A DNA stretch of 64,000 nt, from NCBI GenBank assembly GCA_965240325.2, contig OZ251225.1, forward strand, positions 3,596,001 to 3,660,000. The letters run 5' to 3'. The position numbers and the translations under genes are program-made. The stretch is from Rebecca billardiae RCC1528 (taxonomy: Eukaryota > Protista > Haptophyta). Shown here one piece after another: positions 1 through 11,075 of this stretch. Below the pieces are notes generated by a model that was not told the DNA's origin, did not search any database, and saw only the letters and a list, made by a program, of their open reading frames with translations. The stretch's first letter is position 1. Every line of letters starts with the position of its first letter.

Positions 1-3000
1 GATCTTCCGCCCGTTCTTGATCGGGTCGACGTCTGGTGGCACGTCGTCCGCGGTGGCCGGCATGGCTGTCTCGGCCTTGGGTACGACTGCCTTGAATCCG
101 ACCGTGTTGTCGGGGCGCAAATGAACCCTCTTGGGGCCGATGCGGATGTATGGTCGTTCGTCGAACACCACAGCCATTCCGACCGCGGCGAACGCGTTGA
201 CTGAAAAGAGAGTAGTATCGAGATCTTCGACTCCGACAACGTTTTCCAGGCACACCGGCACGGTTGTGTCTGAGTCGGCGTCGAGTAAGTATACGTACAT
301 GTCGCCTGCCTTGGATGCGTGTAGCTCAATGTCGCGCTTGGCAACCTTGACAGACATGCTGATCGGGTGAGCATTGTGTAGCAGGCCGAGGTTGATATCG
401 ACAAATGATTGGGACGCGCCCGAGTCCAGATACGCGTATTGCGTCGGCTCGAGATCTGCGTCATCGGGTTCCGGGTCGATGTCCTCGTCTTGCACCATCT
501 GGGCCCGCGGCCTCCCCGCCCGCTTTTGGGGCGGAGGTACTTTGATGAACTTGCCGTCGCGCCCGCCGGGCTTGGCGGGCGGCTTGAAGTTGCCCTGCCT
601 TGGTGCACCGGGCGGCCTGGGTGGCCGCAAGTCTGGATGTAGCTTCCAGCACCGCTCTGCGGTGTGGTTGCGTAGCCCACAGTGCGAGCACGTGACGGCT
701 GGTTGTCGGCGGTCCGCCTCCTCAGTATTGAGAGCGTGCGCGGGACCACCCCGCTTGGGGTCACGTTGCGTTGCCTGTCGTCCCTTGGGCGACTGAGTCC
801 AACGCCTGTATGCGTCCTCGATCTGGGCGGTGAGCTGTTCGGTCTGGGCCACGCACTGCTGGGGCGACATTGAACCGTAAATAGAGATGACGGTCGAGTA
901 GACCTCTGGGTGCTCGTGCATCCCGTTGTACAACTTGAAAACGAGGAGTGTGGCGTCGTCTAGCTCTCGATAGCGTGATGCGCGTACCATCTCCACCGTT
1001 TGCTTGATCATCTCGGGGCCGCTCACCGGGGTCGGTCGGTCCGGGTAGAGCTTCTTGAACTCAGCTCGGAGCTCCGACATGGTCGATACGTTCAGCTCGT
1101 GCTCGAAGATCTCGAGCAGAGTGTGTAAATTCAGGAAATTCTCATTTGGATTCACGATGTGCCGTTTCGACTCGAGGTACGAAAAGAGACTCGGCAGCAT
1201 CATGTCCTTGATACGCTTGAAAAGTACATCCACCGATCGCTCGTAGACGATCGTCATCTGCATGATGGTGGTGTCCGCGTCCATGTTTGCGAATGCGGTT
1301 GCGTACGGTTCCCGAATAGCATTTTCGGCTGTCCACACGGCAGCCTCGGCCAGCGCGTATCCGGAGAGCCTGGCCTCGACGGGGGTGACCATGGACGACG
1401 TAGTGTCGGTCGCTCTTCCCTTGAAGGAAGCCTTGACCTCGGTGACTGCGTCCTTGATCGCTCCGTGGATAGCCATTTTCGATTTGATTGTGAAGAAATT
1501 CAGCTTGTAGCTTCCGACGCCAGGCTGGCTTGTCTGCACAGCCATCATTGCATGTGCGTCGGGCAAGTAGGTGATGCAAGCTTCGCCTCCATTTCTGCGC
1601 GTTCGTGGTGACGCGTCGAGCGAGCTTGTCTCAATGTGGTCCTCTGCTGTGGCATAGCTGCCCATGTCCGACGATGTAGAAGACTCGTCCCCATCGCTGC
1701 TCTGCTGTGCGCTGTTGTCGTCACCAGTCGTGGCAGGTGGGTAGTTTGTGACACCACCAGGTGGGCCGTCGTCAGCCGGCGAGTGTCCCTCGCTCGCTTC
1801 AGAAGTCAGCCCATAGAACTCTTTGTGCAGGAAGCATGCGACACCTGGCTGTAGGAGTGCGTCATTACAATGGAACATGAGATCGAACTTGCTTTGGTGA
1901 AGCTCGTCCCTCTCCCGCACATAGTCTCCAACTGTGTAGTTGTGACCTTGCCGCTCTGCGGCTGCTGCGATGAAGCCTCCCGAGTAGATAGTGCATCGTT
2001 TGGATGGCCGCCAAGGGCAAATATCATCGAGGCTGGCGCCTGCGTCGTTCACGACGCTCAGGCTGCGGCGATCAGCCGCTGCGACGGGTCCGTCCTGCCG
2101 GTGGAAGTGAATGCCATCATCATCAATGTCAATCCCGTCGTTCATCGCTGCAAACTGGATAATCTGCTCACATTCGAGCTGATGCTGAACTTGGATGGCG
2201 TCTGCGCATCGGTAGCTGCAGACTCTGCCCATCCCACAGATGATGCATTCGAGGGTGCAATGCATCGATGTGCACGACTGATTGTCGCATGGCTGGCGCG
2301 ACTTCGGATCATCGTCGTCAATCTCACTCCACTGGCTGCAGTAGATGCCGTTGCCCATGTTCTTGCGCGCCGGGATCTCCGGGATGATGCAATCGAAGGT
2401 CTCGCCTACACCATACCAACTGCTGACAGCCAGGAGGGGGTAAGTGCACAGGTATGAGGACATGCGATGCTTGTCGCGCGCAGCGTGTTCCCATGCTGCC
2501 TTGTTGCAGCACAAGATGGATTGGGGCCGGTCAGTCGAGTCGCTGCACATACCTCCAATGGTGAAGATGTCGTCTCCGATGTCCATCGGATCCTGGTAGA
2601 CGAGTCCGTTGATGTCGATGGCCGCATCCTTGAGCACGCTGAGGACATCATTGAGGCTCAGCGCGTCCAGCGGCGGGGTCGAGCCGCGCGCGAGATCGTC
2701 GAGCTGCGGCGCGAACTCCTCGAACGGCTCCGACCGCTGTTCGCCAGTGATCTGGCCCGGGTCGAAGGGGTAGTGGCTGTGCGGCTCCTTGAAGTTGGTC
2801 ACGACGCTGATGGTCGGGATGTCGCCCGCCATCGCGCCCGCCTCCGGCGCTGCGACGCTGCTGCCTCCATGCTGGTCGTGTCCAGTCGCAGTCGGCGACG
2901 CCGAGTCCGGGGATTCCGTCTGTGTCGTAGCGTCGCGATGCAGCGACTGCGACGACGGCGAGTCGTCCTTCTGCGAGGACGGGGGCACTCGCCATTGCTC

Positions 3001-3636
3001 AGGGAGCACGACGGGCTGCTTGTAGTCCCAGCCCAGCGTGCCGGAGGGCCGCGGGCCGTTTGGGTACTTGTCGTGCGCCGACGATCGCTCCTGCGCGCTG
3101 GGGATCGTCATGGGTTCAGTTGCGCGCGCGCCGGTGCGCGGCGCGGCGCGCTCGGCCTCGCTGTGATGCGAGGGATGGTATCGGTGGCCCCGCGAGTGGG
3201 GCGGGTGCCAGTGCGCATGCGCGGAGTTGGATGGCCTTGTGCTCTCCGCGAACCGCGTCCCGTCGTAGGGTACGAGGTTGTCGTCGCTCCGCCGGTGGTG
3301 CTTGTACTCGGTCGGTGCGTGATGCCGGCCGCCGCCGTTGCCTTGGCGACTGGGGCCTTGCTCGCCACGCGGGTAGTGTCCGTCGTGGCGGTCGCGGTTC
3401 TCGATGGAGCTGCGACGGTCCTCGTCGAAGGTACGCGGGCTCCCGCCCTGGTCGTACCGTCGCGAGGATGGGAACTCGATGTCTCCCTTGCGGCCGGTGT
3501 CGTTCCGTGCCGATCCGGCGTTGTCGCCGAAGTCAATGTCGAGGAGCATGGGGCTCCGCTTGTGGCGGAGCCGATCGATGCGGCTCCGCTTGTTGTAGTG
3601 CTCGTAAGTTCCGACGTCGTGCACCCGTGAGCTCAT
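1..3636 (-). CDS. Gag-Pol polyprotein (partial): long N-terminal extension, MYND-like Zn finger, Gag, CCHC knuckle, aspartic protease
   Basis: Hand translation: ATG at 3636 (upstream in-frame stop 3667-3669), no stop through the protease region, and absent from the ORF track as expected if the stop lies outside the window. CSHCGLRNHTAERC at 690-649; LDSG at 429-418; downstream LENV...LFSV...G..VVF pattern typical of copia protease. Confidence 0.88.
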   Translation of the reverse strand, partial: MSSRVHDVGTYEHYNKRSRIDRLRHKRSPMLLDIDFGDNAGSARNDTGRKGDIEFPSSRRYDQGGSPRTFDEDRRSSIENRDRHDGHYPRGEQGPSRQGNGGGRHHAPTEYKHHRRSDDNLVPYDGTRFAESTRPSNSAHAHWHPPHSRGHRYHPSHHSEAERAAPRTGARATEPMTIPSAQERSSAHDKYPNGPRPSGTLGWDYKQPVVLPEQWRVPPSSQKDDSPSSQSLHRDATTQTESPDSASPTATGHDQHGGSSVAAPEAGAMAGDIPTISVVTNFKEPHSHYPFDPGQITGEQRSEPFEEFAPQLDDLARGSTPPLDALSLNDVLSVLKDAAIDINGLVYQDPMDIGDDIFTIGGMCSDSTDRPQSILCCNKAAWEHAARDKHRMSSYLCTYPLLAVSSWYGVGETFDCIIPEIPARKNMGNGIYCSQWSEIDDDDPKSRQPCDNQSCTSMHCTLECIICGMGRVCSYRCADAIQVQHQLECEQIIQFAAMNDGIDIDDDGIHFHRQDGPVAAADRRSLSVVNDAGASLDDICPWRPSKRCTIYSGGFIAAAAERQGHNYTVGDYVRERDELHQSKFDLMFHCNDALLQPGVACFLHKEFYGLTSEASEGHSPADDGPPGGVTNYPPATTGDDNSAQQSSDGDESSTSSDMGSYATAEDHIETSSLDASPRTRRNGGEACITYLPDAHAMMAVQTSQPGVGSYKLNFFTIKSKMAIHGAIKDAVTEVKASFKGRATDTTSSMVTPVEARLSGYALAEAAVWTAENAIREPYATAFANMDADTTIMQMTIVYERSVDVLFKRIKDMMLPSLFSYLESKRHIVNPNENFLNLHTLLEIFEHELNVSTMSELRAEFKKLYPDRPTPVSGPEMIKQTVEMVRASRYRELDDATLLVFKLYNGMHEHPEVYSTVISIYGSMSPQQCVAQTEQLTAQIEDAYRRWTQSPKGRQATQRDPKRGGPAHALNTEEADRRQPAVTCSHCGLRNHTAERCWKLHPDLRPPRPPGAPRQGNFKPPAKPGGRDGKFIKVPPPQKRAGRPRAQMVQDEDIDPEPDDADLEPTQYAYLDSGASQSFVDINLGLLHNAHPISMSVKVAKRDIELHASKAGDMYVYLLDADSDTTVPVCLENVVGVEDLDTTLFSVNAFAAVGMAVVFDERPYIRIGPKRVHLRPDNTVGFKAVVPKAETAMPATADDVPPDVDPIKNGRKI

Positions 3637-3727
3637 GATTGGCGCTTCGCGCGTGTCGTGCGGTCCTTACTGTGTTTCGTGGGGCGAAGGGGCGTCCCCC
3701 TTGCTGGCGGTGGTTTCAGGTAACTGA

Positions 3728-4187
3728 TGTTTCAGTCTGGTGAAAGCTGATGGAAGTGGCATCGAAGATTTTGGAATCTTCGTGTGCCTGCTTCCCTCGG
3801 TCGGAATGCTCTCGGAATTCCGTTGATTGCCTTCGCGTCATTGCACGAAAGCTTCCTGTGATGATCGGGACGTCTCCTCGAAATGAAAAGAAAGTTCTGA
3901 TGACTGCATGGTAGTCTCTGGTCCAGTTCAGGGTACCTTCCCAAGTGGTGAAGAATCCCTGGACCCTTGGATGTGTAGTCCGAAGACCTCATGTGTGTGC
4001 CGATGCTCCTTATCTTTGGAGTAGTAACTTGCATGAACAATGGCTGCTGTTGGCCTTGCTCTTGAATGGTGAAACCGATTGAATTGCATGATGAAAGTCT
4101 GTAGCTTGGCGGCTGAAATTGCTCAGCGCCTTGGAATTAAAGTCTCGAGCTGGGGAATGGCGCCGATGGCTGCCTTGGACTTTGACA
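3728..4187 (-). repeat. Putative 5' LTR of the copia element
   Basis: Non-coding segment bounded by TGT...ACA on the minus strand. The partner LTR is not in the window and no clear PBS was seen, so the inner boundary is tentative. Confidence 0.4.
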
Positions 4188-4274
4188 TATATATATATAT
4201 GATCGGCTACGCCGATCTTCGGGTAGTGAACAACGAAGTTGGGGGCGCACGGCCCTAGTGGCTAGTGCTCAGAG

Positions 4275-5452
4275 TCACCGATCACGCAGCTTGTGAATGT
4301 GAGCAGCAGCCGCGGCTTGTGACGACACGGTCGGACGGTCGGACGGTGCCGGTGCGGCGGGGGCAGCGGCGGCGCGACGGCGTCGGCGGTGGCGCGCTCG
4401 CACAGCGTCCTGCAGCACGTAAGCGCAGCGTGACTGCGTGTGCAGCAGCGCGCCGCTCAGCTCCCGCCGCTCCACGCCGCCGCAGCGGCGCGCGCGGCGC
4501 GCGCCCGCTTCGGCCGCGGCCGCGCCCGCCACCGTCCGTCGCGCCGCCGCCAGCTGCTGCGCCGTCGGTGACGGCGGCGGGTCGAGTGCGGAGAGGAGGT
4601 GGATGAGCCAGTGCAGCCCGGACTGCGTGACGTCCACGTCCACCACCGCGTCCTCCTTCGCCACCGCCATCTCCTCCGCCCGCCCCGCCCCCCAGCGGCG
4701 GTCCCACCACCCAGGCGGCGACCGGCCCGGCGCGCGCTGCGGGCGCCCGCGCGCCGCCGCTGCCGTCGGCGGCGGCGATCGCGGCGGCGAGCGGCGATCG
4801 CGGCAGCCCGTCGGGCGGCGGCGGCGGCGCGCCGCCGCCCTCCGCTCCGCCCTCCGACGCCGCCCTCCGACGCCGCCCTCCGACGCCGCCCTCCGACGCC
4901 GCCCTCCGACGCCGCCCTCCGACGCCGCCGCCTCCGATCCGCCCCGCCGCCGCCGGGCGACTGCGCTCGGATGACGAACCGGCTGGGCGGCAGCGACCAG
5001 CCGCGTGGGCGGCGTGACGCGACGCGCTCTCCGCCGCTGACGGAGGAGTTGACGGAGGTCGTGCGCGCGAGGTCGGCGGCGGTGTGCGCGGCGGCGCTGG
5101 GCGAGTGCGCCAGCCTCTCGGGCAGCACATGCCCCGCCGCGCGCCCGCCGCCGCCCAGGCTCCCGCGCTCGGCCTCGCGCCGCACCGCCGCGCGGTCCGA
5201 GTGCAGACGCCTGTCGACCGGATAGGTCAGATTTGCGACGCAGCCTGCGGAGAGGGTGGCGCATGCGGCGGGCTCGGCGGGGTCGAGCGCGCAGTGCGCG
5301 ATCACCTCGAGCAGCAGCTGCGCCACCCCGTACGCGCGCAGCATCGGCGCGTCCGGTCGCATCACCCGTGCAGTCCGGTCGCCAGCAAGCCGCGGAGCCG
5401 CGGCGGCGGCGGCACGCGGGCGGCCGCCGCCGGCGAGGGTGAGGACGGACAT
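4275..5452 (-). pseudogene. Frameshifted hypothetical gene
   Basis: Protein-like segments (LRAYGVAQLLLEVIAHCAL; DAVVDVDVTQSGLHWLIHLLSALD) lie in different minus frames, separated by a 13-bp VNTR and a G-run. Confidence 0.35.
4847..4924. repeat. Minisatellite (CCGCCCTCCGACG)x6
   Basis: Six perfect 13-bp units read directly. Confidence 0.9.
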
Positions 5453-6475
5453 GCCATTCGGCGCACCTCCCTCGACTGCGCCGCCACCATCGCCCTCGCT
5501 CCCTTCAGCCGCCTCCCCCGACGCCTCCGCCTCCGCCTCCGCCGCACCGACGCCGCCGCACCCGCGGCACTTTGCCGTTGGATCGTCGTCACCGAGCCGT
5601 CACGCGCAACTTTTCGTGCCGATCATCATTATTGATCAGAGTCTGTCCAGGACAGCGTACACCCATTTGAATCAGAGAGCTCTTATTGATCGCAGATAGA
5701 GCACAAACGCGTCGATTCATACCCGCATTGGCTTTGAATCAGTTGGCAATACGGGGTGAGGAATCTTGAATCACAACCGTGATTATTGACCTTTCCGCTC
5801 AGGCTGTCCAGGACACACTCACCACACTATTCTAGCGCAGTTCTCTTAAGAGAAGAGGGATGCGTCTAATCTAAAACGCTGTTTTTCAGAAGCGCGTGAA
5901 TCAAAGCTGACGACCCAACCTATCGTTTCTATGGTTGGCGAGCTGTTTCAGGCTCTTACAATTCAGGCATCTTACTATGACGGAATGTTCTAACACACGG
6001 CTGGTGTTATGTGCTATTCCACCCTGCATTCCCCTAAGTGTTACTATCGTTAAAATTAGCATCTACTACAAACGCAATCATTGCGGCAGCGATATCCACT
6101 CATACGCGGTGGCCACCTACCGAAAAATCCCCAAAATCCTGCGCGCATCCTCTTTTTGATTTTGCGGAGCACGTGCGCCGCCCCCCCCCGGCTTTCGCTC
6201 ACGCTCAGACCTTTCGGGGGGGGGGGCGTGCGCCATGACCGCGTTCCGCGGTCCTTCCGTAGAACCAACGCAGTTAGGGGCCCGCGGTGCACCCTCCGTC
6301 GGCTGCTGTCAGTCTGACATGCGTAACAGTTCGCCTGAGCTGCCACCGCCAACTCAGTTGCCGCCCACCGGGCCGGCGGGCCGAGTCACTGTCGCCGACG
6401 CCGACGCGCCGCCCGGGCCGCGCGGGGAAGCGGCCGCCGTGGCGCGGGCCGGCGCGTGCGCGCGTGCGGGCGCAC

Positions 6476-7776
6476 CTGCTTGAGGTGCTCGCGCTGCGCC
6501 ATGCGCTCGACCACGGGCCGCTGGTCGCTCAGCCGGCTCGCCTCGTGCCGGCAGAGCGAGAGCGCGCGCCACGCGGCTGCCCCGGCCTGCCGCTGCGCAG
6601 CCGCGCACCGAGACCGAGGCCGAGCGGGAGCTCGGGGTGGAACGAGGCGAGCGGGGCGTCGCGCCTGCCGCCGCGCGTGCGCGCCTGCTCCACCGCGCCG
6701 CCGTGCTCGCCCGCCGCCTCCTCCGCCGCGTCGGCGGCCTCGAAGACGGCGGCGGCCAGCCAGCGGCAGGCTCGGAGCCCGTGCGCGCTCAACCGGCGCC
6801 GATCGCCTCGACGGCCGTCTACTCCACAGCTGGCTGCTCGAGCTGCTGCACGGGGCGTCGCGACGAGGGCGCCGCGCGCGCCCAGCGCGTCCGTCGCCGC
6901 GTCGCGCAGCGCGTCGAGCTCGGCGCCGCGCTTCGCCAGCTCGGCGCACAGCGCCTCCGCGCACACGTGCTGGCATGCAGCACGGCCTCTCTAGTCTCTG
7001 GCATCAGTGTCTGTGTGACGCCGCCCATCCGTGCGCGCGCAGCTCGGCTGCAGCTCGGCTGCAGCTCGATCGACGGCGGACTCGTCGCGGCTGGCGGCGA
7101 GGGTGCGCAACGCGTCGACGGACGAGGCCTGCAGCCCGGTGATCGCCGCGTCGACGCGCGCGGCGCATTCCCCTCGCAGCTCCTCGCGCTGGCCGCGCTC
7201 GCGTGGCAGCAGTGTCTCATGCGAGCGTTCGGCACTGGCCGTCCGCTGCTCGTCCTCACGCTGCTGCACCTCAGCGCCGCCGTCGACCGAGTTGAGGAGG
7301 AGCTCGCGCTCGGCGTCGAGGAGCGAGCTCGCGTGCTCGAGCTCGCCCTTCAGCTGCGCGAACTCCGGGCGCATCTGGCTCATCTCCGCTGCGTGGCTCC
7401 GGGCGCGCTCCGATCCTCAAGGCGTCGCCAGTGACGAGCTCGTGAGCGTGCTCCGGACTCGGCTCGCCCTTGCGCGCTCCTCCTCGAGCGACGAACGCGC
7501 CCGCGGGCAGGCTGTTGACCGCCGCCTCCGCCGCGATCTCGCCGCCCCCGCCGCGATCTCGTCGCGCATGCTTTGCAGCGGGGCGCTGTGTGCGCGCCGT
7601 CCGCACGGCCTGGCGAGACTCTGAGGCGAGACCGCGGACCGAGACGCGCGCGACGCCTCGGGGAGAGCCGTCGGAGCGGAGCGCGAGGGCGAGAGCAGAG
7701 CGCGAGGGGGAGACCAGCGGCCGGCCGGCTCCCGCCACCGCGCGCGCACCGCGGCGTACGCGGCGCCGACACGCAC
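6476..7776 (-). pseudogene. Decayed coiled-coil protein gene
   Basis: ORFs 7417-7776, 6991-7383 and 6529-6966 share one frame and are separated by single stops. The translation is Glu/Ala/Leu heptad-like. Confidence 0.45.
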
Positions 7777-8122
7777 GTCCCCGGCCAGGGCGCCGCAGCG
7801 ACGAACGCGAACGAGCGAGCGAGCAGCCGTGGGGACTCCCTCGCTACTCGAATAAATTACGGCGCCGCGCGCGCGCCTGGCGGCTCCGAGTATCCAACTT
7901 ATTCGCGTATCTAAAATCTGTTTAGTGAATTATATATAAGTAGCAAAACTTGATCACTTCCAAGTGCCCGTGTATGGCAGTATGTTTCCAGCACCAAGTG
8001 ATGCATCGGTAAATAACAGCGCGCCGCGCGCGCACGCAGTACGCCGACATGCAGTAGTTGAGGAGGACCCTGACCATGCACATCAACATGCACTTTCAAA
8101 AGGTTGCGCTTAGGCCCGGTTT

Positions 8123-8338
8123 GTAGGCGGGTAACTTGTTACGTTTTAACAAGCCGCCATAGGCGCCATTCAAAGAATCTCGTTTAACATTAGTGCACAG
8201 GCGGTTCATCCATCGAGGCAGGCGGGTAATGTGGTTGAACAAGCGCTATTCAAAAGAATCTCTTTTAATATTATAGGGCGGTTCATCCATCGAGACAGGC
8301 GGGTAGGTGTTTAAACAAAGCGCTATTCAGAAGCATCT
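8123..8338. repeat. Degenerate ~78-bp tandem repeat, ~3 copies
   Basis: Recurring GCGCYATTCA...GGCGGTTCATCCATCGAGRCAGGCGGGTA...AACAA blocks. Confidence 0.75.
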
Positions 8339-8992
8339 GGCCTCATAGCTGTTTTCGACCCAAAACAATCAAACGTCGCTCGGCAAACTCGTACTCCAGC
8401 ATACAAGAATGACAAAAATACTCACTTGTTTCACCCCCGGGGTATCTGATCCCACGTCCGTCCATCGACTTATGCGGAATGGCGTGGGCGCGCTTATTTC
8501 GTCAAGCGCGTAGTTGCTAATGCAGAGCACTATGGGCCAACGTACCCCTCGAAAAAGCGAAAACTCACCCTCCAACACCCCTCAAAATCGTCCCCCGTCC
8601 CCTTTTCTTTGATCAAAAGATCTTTTTGACAACGTAGTGAGGGCCCCCGGCGGGGCTCCACGCTACGCGCTCCGCCCTACACCGCGGGCCATCATAAAGC
8701 GAGCGCAGCCATCCTCAGCCGGCCTCGTCAGCGTCGCGCGCATCGTCGGCGCGCGTAGTTTCGCTCGCGAACGCCCTTGTTACATTCTAGATAGATCTGA
8801 TGATTCAGGCTTCAACGGGCACTCCCGACTCCGCGACGGGTAACTGATCGACCGCACTCACTCTGACTAGTCCACAGTCGGCCACAATGCGCTGAAGCGG
8901 CGGCGGGCGGCCACCGCAGAGCAGCGTGCATGGGATTTGGCCACCTAGCTCAGATTCGGATGGGTCCAACGATTCTTGTGCACACAAGTACA

Positions 8993-9955
8993 TCATATCT
9001 GGTCCATGATCCAACTCGAAATGAGACAGCCCTTGGCCCGGTCGTCGACCTCGAGATCAGCAGCCCGGTAGCACTTGTCCGGATCCCAAGGGCACCCATG
9101 AGCCCTCAGCCACTGCAGCGCTTCCAGTTGGCCACCACGCGCGGCACAATAGCACGCGTCGCTGTCCCATGGACAGCCGTTCGTCACGGCCCATTGGAGC
9201 ATGTCCAAGTGGCCGTGTTGAGCACAGAATGCCGGCGTGTCCTCATCCCATGGGCACCCCTTTGACCGCGCCCAGCGGAGGAGCTCGAAGTGGCCGCCAA
9301 CGGCCGCCATCTTCGCGGTCTCGCGCGCCCAGGGCGCTCCGAGCGCGCGGAGCCACTTCAGGCAGTCGAGCTGGCCTCCAGCAGCTGCTGCATGCACGGT
9401 GCTGGCTGACACGATCTTGCTCTTGTTGCGCTTGAGCATCCAATCCAAGATGCGCACGTGACCTCCTCGGGCGGCGGCGCGGCAGCTGCGGTCGGTGATG
9501 CACATCACGCCTGCATCTTCGAGGTGAGCAAGGACCTCGAGCTGGCCACACGAGGCGGCACCGTCGCAGACCTCGTCCCAGTCGACGCTAGGCTTGTACG
9601 CGCTCACTTGGCTCTTCGCATGCATGAACATCACGGTGGACAAAGCGCCTCCCTTCGCAGCCACGGTGCACAGCTTGGTCTCGACCGTAGGCGTCCATAT
9701 CTCATACATCGTGCGGGGTCGATCGAGTGGCTTGAACTGCTTGAAGCTGGTCATGGCCCACTCGGCGCGCGCGGGAGTCTCGACCAGTGCGCGCATCGAC
9801 GTCTTCAGCTTGAGGCCAGCCTTCCAGCGCTTCACTCGCGCGCCCTGCAGAAAGTCACGGCAAACAAGGGAGAAGCTGAGAACGTCGTCGTCGCGGAGCC
9901 GCGCGGCGATCTCAGCCAGGGCATCGATGGGGAATGCGGGCTCAAGCTGCCACAT
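8993..9955 (-). CDS. F-box-like plus ankyrin-repeat protein (GCPWD-type repeats)
   Basis: N-terminal FPIDALAEIAARL...FSLVCRDF is F-box-like. Repeats include AARGGHVRILDW, AAAGGQLDCLKWLRALGAPW and AARGGQLEALQWLRAHGCPWD. Start at 9955 is inferred. Confidence 0.85.
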   Translation of the reverse strand: MWQLEPAFPIDALAEIAARLRDDDVLSFSLVCRDFLQGARVKRWKAGLKLKTSMRALVETPARAEWAMTSFKQFKPLDRPRTMYEIWTPTVETKLCTVAAKGGALSTVMFMHAKSQVSAYKPSVDWDEVCDGAASCGQLEVLAHLEDAGVMCITDRSCRAAARGGHVRILDWMLKRNKSKIVSASTVHAAAAGGQLDCLKWLRALGAPWARETAKMAAVGGHFELLRWARSKGCPWDEDTPAFCAQHGHLDMLQWAVTNGCPWDSDACYCAARGGQLEALQWLRAHGCPWDPDKCYRAADLEVDDRAKGCLISSWIMDQI

Positions 9956-10127
9956 CGTCCGCTCGTTGCGCGCGGGGCGTCGCCCAAAGCTGCTCACGCC
10001 TTCGCCGGCGAGCGGGTGGCGCGGGTCTCGCATCCGGATTTCATTTCGAGTCCGGAAATTGCCACCGGCCGGCGGCCGCGCAAGCTCCGTCGCCGCGCGC
10101 TCCCTGGTCGCGCGCGGCCGAGCGCGC

Positions 10128-10766
10128 ATGGTCCCGGCCCTCGCCGTCGTTGGCGCGGCGCGTCCGCTGCTATTGGCCTGGGGCGGCGTGTCTTCTCTGG
10201 CTGCCCGCCACCCACTGGCATTTGGCTCGGCCGTGACCGGGATCAAGACCGCCGCTGCCGATGTGCTCTCCCAGCGCGTTTTTGAGGAGCGGCCATGGGT
10301 TGATGTCGACGTGCGCCGCATTTTCATCTTCCTCGCGTTCGGCGTGCTCTACCTCGGGATGGTGCAGTACGCCATCCACGTCGTGGCATTCAGCAGGATC
10401 TTCCCCACGGCGGGCGCGTTCGTCGCGCAGCCCCTCTCGCAGAAGCTGAGGGATCGCAGCGGCCAGCGAGCCGTGCTTGGTCAGGTGCTGCTTGATCAGG
10501 GCTTGCACTGGCCACTCGTCGCACTGCCGGCGTTCTACGTGGTCAAAGGGATCGGCGAGGGCAACCTGCGCGAGTCTCTCAGCCGCTGCGTCGCCAATTG
10601 GCCCCAGGACGTCCTCGACTGCTGGAAGTGGTGGCTCCCTGCGATGACCTTCAACTTCTCCTTCTGCCCGATGGAGATGCGCGTGCCCTTCAATGCGCTC
10701 GTGAGCTTTGCGTACATGGCTACGCTCTCGTTCCGCCGAGGCGGGGCCGAGCAGCCCTCGCACTGA
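10128..10766 (+). CDS. Mpv17/PMP22 family membrane protein
   Basis: HPL...KTAAADVLSQ, D.RR...F, QVLLDQ.LHWP, W.WWLPA..FNFSFCP..MRVPF...VSF match the four-TM Mpv17/PMP22 pattern. Confidence 0.9.
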   Translation: MVPALAVVGAARPLLLAWGGVSSLAARHPLAFGSAVTGIKTAAADVLSQRVFEERPWVDVDVRRIFIFLAFGVLYLGMVQYAIHVVAFSRIFPTAGAFVAQPLSQKLRDRSGQRAVLGQVLLDQGLHWPLVALPAFYVVKGIGEGNLRESLSRCVANWPQDVLDCWKWWLPAMTFNFSFCPMEMRVPFNALVSFAYMATLSFRRGGAEQPSH

Positions 10767-11075
10767 CAGCGAGCATCGGGCGTTGGTATCAAACATGATG
10801 TTGGCATCTTCATCAGAGTGCTGCTCCTCGCACTACGACGCGGTGCGGAAGCGGCTGCACTTCAATTCAGCATCACATCAATCTTGAATATCACATGGGC
10901 CGCGTGACGACTACTCATCAATGATCCAAAGGGCAAAGTCGATCCGCCATTCTGACCGTCAGGCCGCATGGCTCCCCGGCCCGTTATTAGTCGTTACCGT
11001 TCCCCGGTAGGCCATGGGGTCGCCGGCCAATTCCGCGGCTTGTGGGCAGCGCAGCACCACCCCCGCGCGACGGCG

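Larger units (their letters stand above)
1..4187 (-). mobile_element. Ty1/copia LTR retrotransposon, 5' portion (runs off the left edge)
   Basis: Minus-strand open frame with a CCHC knuckle followed by the copia-type protease motif YLDSGASQSF. Likely element start TGTCAAAG at 4187, directly next to a (TA)n run. Confidence 0.85.
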
